Assembly (NCBI GenBank): GCA_028278455.1
Contig: JANQEH010000308.1
Location: 13,491 to 77,490, forward strand
DNA length: 64,000 bases
Source: a bacterium
GTDB lineage: Bacteria; SM23-31
Reading direction: 5' to 3'
Position 1 is the first letter of the stretch; each line of letters starts with the position of its first letter. The notes under the pieces are model-generated. The model was not told where the DNA came from and searched no databases. It was given only the letters and a program-made list of their open reading frames with translations. The position numbers and the translations under genes are program-made. Positions 28,212-38,532 of the stretch are shown piece by piece.

Positions 28212-28556
28212 TCAGGAACCTGCAAATACATAATCCATCACTTCGAGAGCAAACCTGGCTGAAGCAATAGCAGGGCCTCCTCCCATTTCAATACCTACTT
28301 CTATCGCTTCAAGAATCTCCTTTTCCGCAGCCCCTTCCCTGGCGGCATGTTCTATATGCCACTGCATGCATGATTCACAGTCAATTACAATGGAGATTCC
28401 AATCGCGATTAATTCTTTAACCTTTTTTGACAGTTCACCTTTATTAAATACAGTTTGCTCAAGCTCTAAATATTTCATATACGGAACAGATTCCAAACTT
28501 ATAAACCTTGAATGCGCTTTTTTCCGTTCGTTAATTATAGTTTCTATTTTATTCAT
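28212..28556 (-). CDS. Carboxymuconolactone decarboxylase/AhpD-family protein
   Basis: CMD core motif …DCESCMQWHIEHAAREGA…EILEAIEV (CxxCxxxH). Size 114 aa. Confidence 0.75.
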   Translation of the reverse strand: MNKIETIINERKKAHSRFISLESVPYMKYLELEQTVFNKGELSKKVKELIAIGISIVIDCESCMQWHIEHAAREGAAEKEILEAIEVGIEMGGGPAIASARFALEVMDYVFAGS

Positions 28557-28571
28557 TTCAGTCTCCTTTGT

Positions 28572-29315
28572 TTATACCGAACGATGTTTTTTATTAATCT
28601 TCTTCAATACATAGATCACCCAGGGTGCTATTTCAGTCTCCTTTTTCCATTCGTATGGTTCACTTTCCAATCCCAGCGGTTTATAATTTCTAACAACATC
28701 CAACCCTGATTTTTCATATACCTTCCTATAATCCTCATCAGAAAAAACAATGTCTTCCACAGGCCTGCTGTCCTCGACGTCTGTCATTACAATTTTTACT
28801 TTATCTCCACTCTTTGCCGAATTATTTTCCGGAAAATCTCTGGTTGTGAACGAAGCCCATTCATTTACATATATTTCCGGGGAGGAAACCAGATTGATCA
28901 ATACTCCTTTTTCCTTTAACATTCTACCTAAAGATGTGAATATTCCAATTTTGGATACTCTACCCGGAATATTATCAAATGTGAAAATGGAAGTTATAAG
29001 ATCCATGGAGTTTTTAGGTAATATATTCATATTATCATTTTCAACCAACCGGTAATCGCCTTCAGGATCTAACTCATTAGCTTTTTCTATCATTTTCTCC
29101 GAAATATCAATGCCTGTAGCTGTAAAATCCAGCCTTTTAAGAAATCTGGTCGATCTTCCTGTTCCACAGCCGAAATCCATAGCCTTTCTTCCGTTGACAT
29201 GTTCCTTAATAATATTGGGCAAATCCCTGTATGCCAGATAATACGTTCCGGGGAATTCCAGGCTTGAATAAGAATTGGCCCTTTTTTCATCTTCGTATAC
29301 ATTTCTAAAATCCAT
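28572..29315 (-). CDS. Class I SAM-dependent methyltransferase
   Basis: Motif I …MDFGCGTGRSTRFL… followed by …TATGIDISEKMIEKA…. The start is probably the internal Met (MDFRNVYEDEK) at 29315, which removes the overlap with the upstream small ORF. Confidence 0.7.
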   Translation of the reverse strand: MDFRNVYEDEKRANSYSSLEFPGTYYLAYRDLPNIIKEHVNGRKAMDFGCGTGRSTRFLKRLDFTATGIDISEKMIEKANELDPEGDYRLVENDNMNILPKNSMDLITSIFTFDNIPGRVSKIGIFTSLGRMLKEKGVLINLVSSPEIYVNEWASFTTRDFPENNSAKSGDKVKIVMTDVEDSRPVEDIVFSDEDYRKVYEKSGLDVVRNYKPLGLESEPYEWKKETEIAPWVIYVLKKINKKHRSV

Positions 29316-29358
29316 AATAGTCTTCCAATCAACAAGAAATTTATCTTGATTATTTTTA

Positions 29359-29631
29359 TTAAAATGGTATTCTAATCCAGTAATTTGAATAATTTCCGGT
29401 ATTAAGTATTGTCTCATTCAGATCGAAGTCCGGCAGCTTACTCTTGATTATTTTAATAATTCTCAGATCGATCGCTTCCATGGTTCTCAATCCTTCCAAT
29501 ACCTTCTTTCTGATTTCTTCATCCGTAGCTCCGGCTTCTGACGCATTATCAAGATGATATTCCAATAAGTGACAGTTGATAGCTGAAATAGAAGCGCTTA
29601 TTCCGGCGAGTTCCTCGGACAAAGTATTCAT
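29359..29631 (-). CDS. Hypothetical small protein, possibly a divergent AhpD/CMD-like protein
   Basis: 90 aa. Segment …AINCHLLEYHLDNASEAGATDEEI… is weakly reminiscent of the CMD-family CxxxH…G…I core. It lies in the same orientation and is tightly spaced with the MTase/CMD/pduST genes. Confidence 0.3.
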   Translation of the reverse strand: MNTLSEELAGISASISAINCHLLEYHLDNASEAGATDEEIRKKVLEGLRTMEAIDLRIIKIIKSKLPDFDLNETILNTGNYSNYWIRIPF

Positions 29632-29687
29632 TAAAAGACTCCATATTTTCCATGATCTGAATATAATTCATCAAATGCATATTTCAA

Positions 29688-31133
29688 TCATTTTATACCC
29701 TCCTTAATCTCGTTTTCGTTTAATTGTGTGATACTGATCCGCAGGTGATGAGACTGCCTTTTCTCGATAAAGAACCATGATCCGGGTGTGAGCTGTATCC
29801 GGTGCTTTAATAATATCTTTAGCAACTCATCTTCAGAAATCTTTAATCCCTTAACCTCAATCCATATCAGGTAGCCCCCCAGTGGTTCATGCCATGTTAC
29901 TTCATCAAAAATCAAGTTTTCCCTGAGTGCCGCTAAGGCTGACTGCATTCTTCGTTTAAATATCCTGTGCATATGTTTGATATGCATATCATAATATCCC
30001 CGCTCACAGAATTCATATAGTCCGGCCTGTATAACTGTATTTGTAGAAATATCTGTGAAGGTTTTTACTGTGGACGCTATTTTTAAAAGCTTTTTATCCG
30101 CCGCTATCCAACCAATCCGCATGCCGGGAAAAAGGACTTTCGAAAATGAGCTCAGATATATTACCCTGTGGTCTTTATCCATTGATTTCAGAGGAAGCGG
30201 TACTTTACCGAAATACTTCATCTCTTCCTCAAACGCATCTTCAATTATAGGGATCTTACAATTCCCGCTAATGGATATCATTCTCTCCCGCACACTCTGG
30301 CTCATCGTGATTCCAGTTGGATTCTGAAAATTCGGGATGGTATAAATAAAGGAAGGTTGACAAGACTGCAATATCTTCTCGAGCTTATCGAGATGCATAC
30401 CATATTCATTCATCTCTACCCCGACAATCCGGGAATTATACAATTCCATTAACGGTAGTGCATACAGATAAGTAGGATCTTCTGTAACTATAATCGAACC
30501 GGGATCTGCAAAAAGCCTGAGGATCATATCAATACTGTTCTGTGTTCCGTTCGTTATCATTATCTCTTCGGCGGTAACTTCAACACCATGCATCTTCAGT
30601 CTGGATGCAATAAATGATCGCAAAGGTGGATAACCTTCGACATTTCCGTAATTAAATAATCCTGAATCTTTACGAATGGCAATATTAAGACATTTTTTGA
30701 AATTCTCGACAGGCAGGATACGAGGATCCAGGCTTAGAGAATTCATGTTTAAAATATCAGTTCTCCTTTCCGGATATGATAGTTCAGGAAAATGTGAATA
30801 TTCACTATTGATCTTTAAGCAGGGAGAGGTAACAGTTTCTTCCCAGTCGATCAGACTTTTGGTAGAACGGTTATTCAATTTGATATTCGGAGTTTTTTTG
30901 CGCACTATTGTATAAGATCCGGGACGGCTTTCAATGTATCCCTGCCCCCATAGTTCTTCATATGCATTGTAAACAACCGTTCTGCTGATCCCGTTTCTCA
31001 ATGCAAATTCTCTTGTAGACGGAAGCCTCGTTCCAGGTTTCAGCGCAGTATTATCTATCATCTCACTTATTTGTGCGAATACCTGCCGGTGAAGTGGAGT
31101 TTTGCTTTTTCTGTCAAGATTCAGAACTAACAT
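29688..31133 (-). CDS. MocR/PdxR-type regulator (GntR HTH fused to a PLP-dependent aminotransferase-fold domain)
   Basis: N-terminal HTH …LPSTREFALRNGISRTVVYNAYEELWGQGYIESRPGSYTIV, then a ~400-aa aminotransferase class I/II-like domain with the PLP-lysine region (…LSSFSKVLFPGMRIGW…). Confidence 0.85.
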   Translation of the reverse strand: MLVLNLDRKSKTPLHRQVFAQISEMIDNTALKPGTRLPSTREFALRNGISRTVVYNAYEELWGQGYIESRPGSYTIVRKKTPNIKLNNRSTKSLIDWEETVTSPCLKINSEYSHFPELSYPERRTDILNMNSLSLDPRILPVENFKKCLNIAIRKDSGLFNYGNVEGYPPLRSFIASRLKMHGVEVTAEEIMITNGTQNSIDMILRLFADPGSIIVTEDPTYLYALPLMELYNSRIVGVEMNEYGMHLDKLEKILQSCQPSFIYTIPNFQNPTGITMSQSVRERMISISGNCKIPIIEDAFEEEMKYFGKVPLPLKSMDKDHRVIYLSSFSKVLFPGMRIGWIAADKKLLKIASTVKTFTDISTNTVIQAGLYEFCERGYYDMHIKHMHRIFKRRMQSALAALRENLIFDEVTWHEPLGGYLIWIEVKGLKISEDELLKILLKHRIQLTPGSWFFIEKRQSHHLRISITQLNENEIKEGIK

Positions 31134-31341
31134 ATTTAATCTCGCTTTCTATTGGCATTAAATTTTAGATAAAATATAACAATATTCAATAGCCAATTCC
31201 AAATTTATCTTAAATACCAATTATGCGGTGAACTATTGATAAATTGAGACTGATATTCTATATTTAATGAGGAATCCCAGGCAGAGATATGGATGTCAGG
31301 AGATTGGATATTTTAAAAGTATCCTATTTAAGGTAGAGTTT

Positions 31342-32568
31342 TCAGATAGTCAGATTCATTATTTCGTTTGTAATAAAGACAATCGCCTCAGCAGTATTTA
31401 CAATTTTTCTGCAGTCTACAATCCCGGGATTATCATTAGGAGTATGCGTAATTGATTGATTTTCCATGTTTTCAATTAGCCAGTCTGAAGAGAATGCGAA
31501 AGCAGGGCACCCATACTGAACAAAGATACTGTGATCTCCCTGAGGAAAAGGAGTTCCCGGTTTCATCTCCTTAAAGTTTTTAAAAACATCGCTTAATACT
31601 ATGTTGTACTTATCCGGTATATCATAATGAGATACTGCTGTTTTTCCTTTATAATATCCGGCTCCATCAATGTTAATACACAGTTTGATCTGATTGAACT
31701 TATCGTGATTGTCACATAGATATTTCATTTGACCGGGCGCAGAGTAGTAATCTTCCCCATTTAAAGCAGCCAACTCGATAACGGATTTACCGCTATAATC
31801 ATGTAATAGTTCGGCCAGCAAGATCATTGTGATCACACCTGTGGCATTGTCAATTGCACCGGGTGTACCATTTTTAGCGTCAATATGGGCGGTTATGACA
31901 ATTCTATGTTCTTCATTGATTCCCTTACGGGCGATTACGTTAAAGCCCTTGCCCGGAAGGCGCTCCGAAATAGATTCAAGTTTTAAGGTTTTTCCTTTAT
32001 AAGCCATGAGTTCACATCCCTTTTCTTTTGTTATATACACGGAGGGAATATCGAAATCACCATCTTCTATCAGAGGGAAAGGGTATGCTCCCCCGGCGAG
32101 TGCGCTGTTTCTACCTGTTGCGGCAATAATCGCCGCAGGTTTTTTGTCTTCAAGAACAGATATGATCTTTTTATGTTCATCAGGATTATAAAACACGAAG
32201 TTCTTCGGCATTAATTGCTCTCCGGCAATATTACCTCGCATCAGAATTATTTTACCGGTAAGGTCTTTCCGGCTCAATTCGTCGAAAGATTCTATATCAA
32301 CAAGTTCACTTTTTATAGAACATCCCAGGGAATATGGGCTAACGAAGGCTTCGAATTGCTGATCAGCCGCTGATATTGAGGCTCCACCGTTCATCCAGTT
32401 GAAAGCATCGAACTCCTGCAAAACCGTGTCCCAACCGAAAGAGGATACTTTCTCACAAAATAAACCGGTTGCTTTTCTGTTGCCGGCACTCCCGACCGTC
32501 CGTTCAGGAATATCGTTACAGAATATTTTAAGGTATTTTACGGCTTTTTCTAAAAGGTCTTTTTTCAT
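31342..32568 (-). CDS. M28-family aminopeptidase
   Basis: Zn-ligand context …VITAHIDAKNGTPGAIDNATGV… (H, D), …NGEDYYSAPG… and …DHSIFVQYGCPA… are typical of M28 peptidases. Size 408 aa. Confidence 0.75.
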   Translation of the reverse strand: MKKDLLEKAVKYLKIFCNDIPERTVGSAGNRKATGLFCEKVSSFGWDTVLQEFDAFNWMNGGASISAADQQFEAFVSPYSLGCSIKSELVDIESFDELSRKDLTGKIILMRGNIAGEQLMPKNFVFYNPDEHKKIISVLEDKKPAAIIAATGRNSALAGGAYPFPLIEDGDFDIPSVYITKEKGCELMAYKGKTLKLESISERLPGKGFNVIARKGINEEHRIVITAHIDAKNGTPGAIDNATGVITMILLAELLHDYSGKSVIELAALNGEDYYSAPGQMKYLCDNHDKFNQIKLCINIDGAGYYKGKTAVSHYDIPDKYNIVLSDVFKNFKEMKPGTPFPQGDHSIFVQYGCPAFAFSSDWLIENMENQSITHTPNDNPGIVDCRKIVNTAEAIVFITNEIMNLTI

Positions 32569-32645
32569 TGCTTTCTCCTTAGCGATATTAGAAGAAATAA
32601 TATATGTACATTCAGAGTCAGAAAATTGTAAGATTCCGACAAAAT

Positions 32646-33425
32646 CTACGCAATAATTCTGGAATTTCTGAATTCGGAAGGTGTTATTCCTGTAAATTCG
32701 CAGAAGGATCTGTTGAAATGCGCCTGATCGTAAAAACCGGATTCATATGAAATCTCTGTCAGACTTTTCTCAGTGCCGAGAAGTGAGATGGAATAATTAA
32801 TTCTTTGTACCTGCATGAATCGCCTGGGAGATAATCCAACATATTTGTTAAACAATCTTTCCAAAGATCTTTCAGTCAGGTTATATTTATTCCAAAGATG
32901 ATGTACTTTCAGATTACCATTAGGATTTTTTATTTCTGAAATAATGTTATGAATGAGATTAAAACGCGGTTGGTCTTTTATTTTCAAGGTTGCCAAAAAG
33001 TGTTTTTCTATGAAGTCAATTCGATCTCTGTTGTTTTTCAGATCTGGATATTTCTTCTCAAATTCTCTCCAATGATGATCAAAAACGACTGTCTCAGCAT
33101 ATGTATCAGCTATATCATTCAGTGGAATTGGAATAAATACGGAAGCACTGTGAGAATGGAATACTATACCGATAACACCCGCCTCACCTTGAGTAGATAC
33201 TTCTATATAAGACTTATTATGACCATAGATAGCAAAATGAGGCTGCGTGAAGGATTCATGCCCCGGATTTACATTCTGAAAAGGTTTCCTGTAATGCAGA
33301 AGAATCTGCAACTCACCTGTTGGATAAACAAGCTCCGTATGGTTTATTGAGTTATTGTCTAAGATCCAGTAATACTTTATATAATCTGCCAGTTGCCGAC
33401 AGGGTTGTTGGATGTGAATAAACAT
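32646..33425 (-). CDS. AraC-family transcriptional regulator (N-terminal sensor domain plus C-terminal dual HTH)
   Basis: C-terminus …LTEISYESGFYDQAHFNRSFCEFTGITPSEFR is the AraC signature. Size 259 aa. Confidence 0.8.
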   Translation of the reverse strand: MFIHIQQPCRQLADYIKYYWILDNNSINHTELVYPTGELQILLHYRKPFQNVNPGHESFTQPHFAIYGHNKSYIEVSTQGEAGVIGIVFHSHSASVFIPIPLNDIADTYAETVVFDHHWREFEKKYPDLKNNRDRIDFIEKHFLATLKIKDQPRFNLIHNIISEIKNPNGNLKVHHLWNKYNLTERSLERLFNKYVGLSPRRFMQVQRINYSISLLGTEKSLTEISYESGFYDQAHFNRSFCEFTGITPSEFRNSRIIA

Positions 33426-33557
33426 GAAGTATCGATTACCGCTATTTTTGCCGTATAAATTTAATAATATTTATTATTTTTTTTAAGGAATGAGTGGAGG
33501 AGATGGTTTTAAACTGTAAAGAAAATCTGTTCTTTTTTCGATAATAATGATTTTGAC

Positions 33558-34847
33558 TTAATCGTTTGTATTATTATCATCATTTTTCTGCTGGATATTC
33601 TCAATTATCACTTCTATAACCCTGTTATCCTCTACTTTTTCAACAATAAATGTCAGATCGTCAAGCTCGAATTTTTCTCCTTCTTCCGGTATATGACCGA
33701 GGTGGAAAAGCACGAGCCCTGAAAGGGTATCATAAGCTTCATCTTCGGCTATTTTAAGTTCAATCAGGTCGTTCAGTTCCTGAATTGTCAATTTGCCGAG
33801 AACTTTATATGTTGTCTCGTCTATCTTTGTGAAAAGGTATTCCGGTTTGTCGGTCTCGTCATATATTTCTCCAACCAGTTCCTCAAGTACATCCTCGATC
33901 GAGACGAGGCCGGCGATTCCTCCATGTTCATCAACTACCATAGCTATGTGCGTTTTCTGTTCCTGGAGTTTCTCGAGAAGTACATTCACCATCATTGACT
34001 CCGGAACAAAAATAGCAGGTTTTACAATATCCCTGAGGTCTTTTTTACCGTCTCTGTTAATCGCCGCTTTAAGTATATCCTTTGTATAAGCAATTCCGAC
34101 AATAGTATCGATTTTGTCTTCATAGACCGGGATTCTTGAATATTCCAGATCCTGGACCTGCTTAACAGCTTCGTCTATACTGAGGTCCGATTCCATAGTG
34201 AACATATCGACACGAGGTGTCATTATTAGTCCGACTTCTGTATTGTCCAGTTCGAAAACATTCTGAATAAGTTCCTTTTCCTCCTGTCGGATTCCGCCTT
34301 CTTCCTCGCTTATCTTCACCATGGTTTTGACTTCATCCTCTGTAATTGAGTGATACTGCTTTGTAAGTACATCCCCGGAAGTTTTCTTAAGGATCAGGCA
34401 AAGCGGCTGGGAGAAGGGGTAAAAGATTACCTGGAAGAATCTTATTAAAGGAGATATTGCTAAAGCAACAGTTTCAGCATGATGCATACAGAATGTCTTA
34501 GGAGCAATCTCACCGAAGATAAGGATCAAAAGTGTCATCACACCTGTTGTTAATCCGACACCGTAAGAAAGCGCCTGCGGGACACCAATATTCTGCAGAA
34601 TCTCAATAGAAAGAGTAGTTGCAATCGAAGCGCTGCCGACATTTGCGAGGTTATTGCCGATAAGTACCGTTATTAAAAGATTATTTGGTCTGGATTTCAG
34701 TTTCGCGAGCAGACCGGAGTTTCGTTTTTCCTGCTCGGTAAGGTGTCTGACCTTTACATCGGAGAGAGACATAAAGGCGATCTCCGCACCTGAGAAAAAT
34801 GCCGAGAAAATGAGAAGCAGTAGTAAGAACAGTCCGGTTAGCGCCAA
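33558..34847 (-). CDS. HlyC/CorC-family (CNNM) transporter with DUF21, CBS pair and CorC_HlyC C-terminal domain
   Basis: N-terminal 4-TM DUF21 (…[12 protein letters not shown]…), a central CBS pair, and the C-terminal transporter-associated domain. Size 429 aa. Confidence 0.85.
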   Translation of the reverse strand: MALTGLFLLLLLIFSAFFSGAEIAFMSLSDVKVRHLTEQEKRNSGLLAKLKSRPNNLLITVLIGNNLANVGSASIATTLSIEILQNIGVPQALSYGVGLTTGVMTLLILIFGEIAPKTFCMHHAETVALAISPLIRFFQVIFYPFSQPLCLILKKTSGDVLTKQYHSITEDEVKTMVKISEEEGGIRQEEKELIQNVFELDNTEVGLIMTPRVDMFTMESDLSIDEAVKQVQDLEYSRIPVYEDKIDTIVGIAYTKDILKAAINRDGKKDLRDIVKPAIFVPESMMVNVLLEKLQEQKTHIAMVVDEHGGIAGLVSIEDVLEELVGEIYDETDKPEYLFTKIDETTYKVLGKLTIQELNDLIELKIAEDEAYDTLSGLVLFHLGHIPEEGEKFELDDLTFIVEKVEDNRVIEVIIENIQQKNDDNNTND

Positions 34848-35178
34848 TTCTGGCCACCTTTTGATTTTATGGTTATAATATCGGCACTAACGCTGATACT
34901 GTCCGAATTATCAGACGATGATTCTTGTTCCATTCTACGAGTCTTAAATCAGCCTGAGAATTAGTCCGGAATTTCTGTTTATAAAAAGAATGAACTTAAT
35001 TAAAAAACAATATGTTTTACTGACTTAAAAATATGAAGAAAATAATTTGCTGTCAAGCAAATTTTATATCATAAAGGTTATATTGCATTTTAAAACCTAT
35101 TTCAATATATTAGGTAGTTTCATCTAGAGATATCTTTACCTGAATTTTACCAGTGATTTTGAAAGGAATCTAATAATA

Positions 35179-36900
35179 ATGAATAAATTTTTCGGAACGT
35201 TCAACCTCGTCCTGCACGGCCATATCCCATACGTCGTTTCCCATGGGAAATGGCCTCACGGTACGGACTGGCTGTCGGAAGCCGTTGCAGAGTGTTATAT
35301 ACCGATCCTGAAAGTTCTGCGTGAACTGGAGGCTGAAGGAATTTACACGAAAATTACTATGGGTATCACCCCCATACTTGCCGAACAGCTAGCTGATCCT
35401 GTTTTTCACGAGGAGGTTTCAAGCTATCTCCAGATGAAAATAGATGCTGCTGAGGAAGATAAGACATTCTTCACCAGCGCAGGCGAAACTCACATGGCGA
35501 GACTTGCAGGAGACTGGATCAAATTTTACGGAGATGCCAAACATGATTTCGAGGATCTCTACGACCGGAACCTGCTGAAGGGTTTCAAGGAATACCAGGA
35601 TAAGGGTGTACTTGATATCATCACTTGCGGTGCTACACACGGATATTTTCCCCTCCTGGGAGAAGATGCGAGCATCAATCTGCAGGTAAGAACGGCTGTC
35701 GAAACTCACAAAAAGCACTTCGGGAAAACCCCGACCGGGATCTGGATGCCTGAATGCGCTTACAGGCCGGCATACCCATGGAAAAGGCCTGCCGGAGACT
35801 ATGCAGACCGTGATGCGGTAGACAGGTACGGTGTTGAGGAATTCCTGATCGAGAACGGTATTAGATATACTTTCATTGATTCGCATCTGCTGAAAGGAGG
35901 GAGGGCAATCGGCGCCTATGCGGATAGATTCGAGGGATTGAAACTTTTAATCGAAAGAAGCCTGAAGGCACAAAAAGAGAGAGATGTTATCGAGGATCTC
36001 TCTCCTTATAAATTATATAAATTGCAGTCGTCAAGAAATCCTGACACATTGACTCTTTTTACACGTGATCCGAAGACCGGACTTCAGGTCTGGTCAGGAG
36101 AGCACGGATACCCTGGTGACGGCTGGTACATGGATTTCCACAAGAAGCGTTTTCCGGGAGGACTGAGATACTGGAAGGTTACTTCTCCGAAATGCGGACT
36201 AGGTGATAAGGAAGTGTACGATCCCGATGAAGTAGAGAACAGGCTGGAGGAAAATGCATCGCATTTCGCGGAATTGATTAACAAACAGCTCGAAGAGCAT
36301 CATAATACTACCGGTGAAGAGGGTGTATTGACCGCTCCCTATGATGCGGAATTGTTCGGGCACTGGTGGTTCGAGGGTGTAAGATTTATCAAGAAGCTTT
36401 ACCAGAAACTTGCGAAGTACGAAAATATCAAACCGGGGACTGCAGCCGAAGCTGAAGCAAAGGAAAAATTCGAGTCGATCATCACGATCCCTGAAGGTTC
36501 ATGGGGTGAGGACGGACATCATTATATCTGGCTGAACGAACAGACAGAGTGGACGTGGAAGGATATTTATGATGATGAACTGAAGATACTCGAACTCGTG
36601 AAGAAGGCGCAGGACAATGGCTCTGAGGAATACCGTGATGTTGTTACTCAATTGGTAAGAGAACTGCTTCTCGAGCAGGCATCGGACTGGCAGTTTCTGA
36701 TAAGCACATTTTCGGCGAGGGACTACGCGGAGAGAAGGCTTGTCCATCACCATAATGCGATCAAGAGATTGACCGGAATAGCTGACAGGTATCTTGAAAA
36801 GGGATATCTTTCGGAAGAAGACAAATTTGTTCTGAATGAACTTAAAGAACAGGACCATTCGTTCCAGCACTTGAATATAGACTGGTTTAAGAATATATAA
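35179..36900 (+). CDS. Glycoside hydrolase family 57 protein (1,4-alpha-glucan branching enzyme-like, with a C-terminal DUF1957-type domain)
   Basis: N-terminal FNLVLHGHIPYV… resembles the GH57 catalytic-domain start. Size 573 aa, with a helical C-terminal extension. Confidence 0.7.
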   Translation: MNKFFGTFNLVLHGHIPYVVSHGKWPHGTDWLSEAVAECYIPILKVLRELEAEGIYTKITMGITPILAEQLADPVFHEEVSSYLQMKIDAAEEDKTFFTSAGETHMARLAGDWIKFYGDAKHDFEDLYDRNLLKGFKEYQDKGVLDIITCGATHGYFPLLGEDASINLQVRTAVETHKKHFGKTPTGIWMPECAYRPAYPWKRPAGDYADRDAVDRYGVEEFLIENGIRYTFIDSHLLKGGRAIGAYADRFEGLKLLIERSLKAQKERDVIEDLSPYKLYKLQSSRNPDTLTLFTRDPKTGLQVWSGEHGYPGDGWYMDFHKKRFPGGLRYWKVTSPKCGLGDKEVYDPDEVENRLEENASHFAELINKQLEEHHNTTGEEGVLTAPYDAELFGHWWFEGVRFIKKLYQKLAKYENIKPGTAAEAEAKEKFESIITIPEGSWGEDGHHYIWLNEQTEWTWKDIYDDELKILELVKKAQDNGSEEYRDVVTQLVRELLLEQASDWQFLISTFSARDYAERRLVHHHNAIKRLTGIADRYLEKGYLSEEDKFVLNELKEQDHSFQHLNIDWFKNI

Positions 36901-37134
36901 CCGGAGTTAACGATCGGCTCACAAGAGAGATTCTTCGAGGCTTCTGCCCTTAACAGGTTATTCTTCATCATTATAATTATTTTACATTGCTGTATCGGTC
37001 AGGTTTCTGCCCAGGAAAATTACGGCGATAAGCTCTTTCCGCGGAACGAGACCTGGTCGATCAAATGCAAGATCTACAGGTTAACCGAATCAGATATCAT
37101 TGTCCAGTTTCCACATCTTGAAAGTCCCTCCGAG

Positions 37135-37608
37135 GTGGCAAGGGTGTCAATAAAGAAGATAGAATATTCTGACGGCAGGGTGTTATTCTTCAATAATTAC
37201 GGCCAGATCGAGGCTGAGATTGCGATGCCGATGCCTGTCCGGGTGGATGAGGTTATGGGGATCGGAATGATAAAGATCACAGACGGACAGGAAGTGATCC
37301 TGAACGGTATCGACTATACCATACCCTCGGATTCACTGAAAATGATGCATTACAGACGGGGATTGCATTACCTCAGAAGCCTGATCGAGAAACAAAATGT
37401 ATCACTGAGGTTTGATCTTGTCCGGAGGGATGAATTTGGCAGGCTCAGGGCGTATTTAGTACTCACAAGCGGGAGGATGTTGAATATCGAGCTTATCCGG
37501 CAAGGGTACTGCAGGGTGGACAGAAGCAGGCCGATGATCTACCTGAACGATTTTATCGATGCCGAAAAAGAAGCCCGCAAGGCTAAACGCGGCATCTGGC
37601 GGAATTAA
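37135..37608 (+). CDS. Staphylococcal-nuclease (SNase/thermonuclease)-like protein
   Basis: C-terminal …DAEKEARKAKRGIWRN is typical of SNase homologs. The ORF-track start is GTG. See the finding on the in-frame signal-peptide-like extension upstream. Confidence 0.65.
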   Translation: MARVSIKKIEYSDGRVLFFNNYGQIEAEIAMPMPVRVDEVMGIGMIKITDGQEVILNGIDYTIPSDSLKMMHYRRGLHYLRSLIEKQNVSLRFDLVRRDEFGRLRAYLVLTSGRMLNIELIRQGYCRVDRSRPMIYLNDFIDAEKEARKAKRGIWRN

Positions 37609-37941
37609 AATTACATATCTCAATTTGTCTCCCTTTTCAAAATTGAGTTTTCAATTTATACTACCCTCTGTATCTCCCTTTATAAAGGGGGAATTTATAG
37701 ATACTATCTCCATTATTCTCCCGACGCTGGCTCAAAAGGCCCGATAATAAAGGGGGATCTAAAATCCTTTGTTAATATTCAAAAGGCTGAATATTTATTC
37801 CGGTATCCCGCATAATTAATTTCTTATCCCTGAATTTTGTTTTATATTCAGGTAAAAAATACACTGTTGCAACATTTTCCGGGTGAGGTGCGTCATTATT
37901 TTACTATCGCAAGCCGGAGAAACACAAAAGGAAAGTATTTT

Positions 37942-38532
37942 ATGCAGAACAGCAGCAATATAGAATTAGTCAGGAAAATCCAGCGGAACCGCGATATGGT
38001 TGCTTTTCAGAGCCTTGTTACCGCTTACCAGGAAAGGCTGTATTACCTGATAAGAAAGATGGTGCAGAGCCATGAAGACAGCCAGGACCTCCTGCAGGAG
38101 GTCTTCATCAGGGCACTGACGAAAATCGACAGGCTGAGAGAGCCTGAGAAATTCAATTCCTGGATCTATAATATCGCTGTGAACATGGTAATCGATTTCA
38201 AAAGAAGGCAGCATTGGAACGGTAGAGTCTCTCTTGATGGGGATATTCCTCCGGAGATGATCTCCGATAAGCTTGTCGATAAGAAAGAAGTCGGACCTAA
38301 GAATAACGGATTCTTCGAAAAGGAACTCAGAAGCGAGCTTGACAGAGCGCTTTTGAAACTGCCGATAAACCACAGGGAGGCTTTCCTGCTGTTTCATTAC
38401 CACAAACTTCCCGTAAAAACGATCGGCGAATATATGGACTGCCCCGAATCGACCGTCAGGTCGTACATATTCAGGGCGATAAAGAAATTGCGGGTGTATT
38501 TAAAGGACTACCATGAATCAATCAAGGAGTAA
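37942..38532 (+). CDS. ECF-type RNA polymerase sigma-70 family factor
   Basis: Region 2 …LYYLIRKMVQSHEDSQDLLQEVFIRA…WIYNIAVNMVIDFKRRQ and region 4 …INHREAFLLFHYHKLPVKTIGEYMDCPESTVRSYIFRAIKKLR. The start is taken at the internal ATG 37942 (MQNSSNIELV…). Confidence 0.85.
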   Translation: MQNSSNIELVRKIQRNRDMVAFQSLVTAYQERLYYLIRKMVQSHEDSQDLLQEVFIRALTKIDRLREPEKFNSWIYNIAVNMVIDFKRRQHWNGRVSLDGDIPPEMISDKLVDKKEVGPKNNGFFEKELRSELDRALLKLPINHREAFLLFHYHKLPVKTIGEYMDCPESTVRSYIFRAIKKLRVYLKDYHESIKE

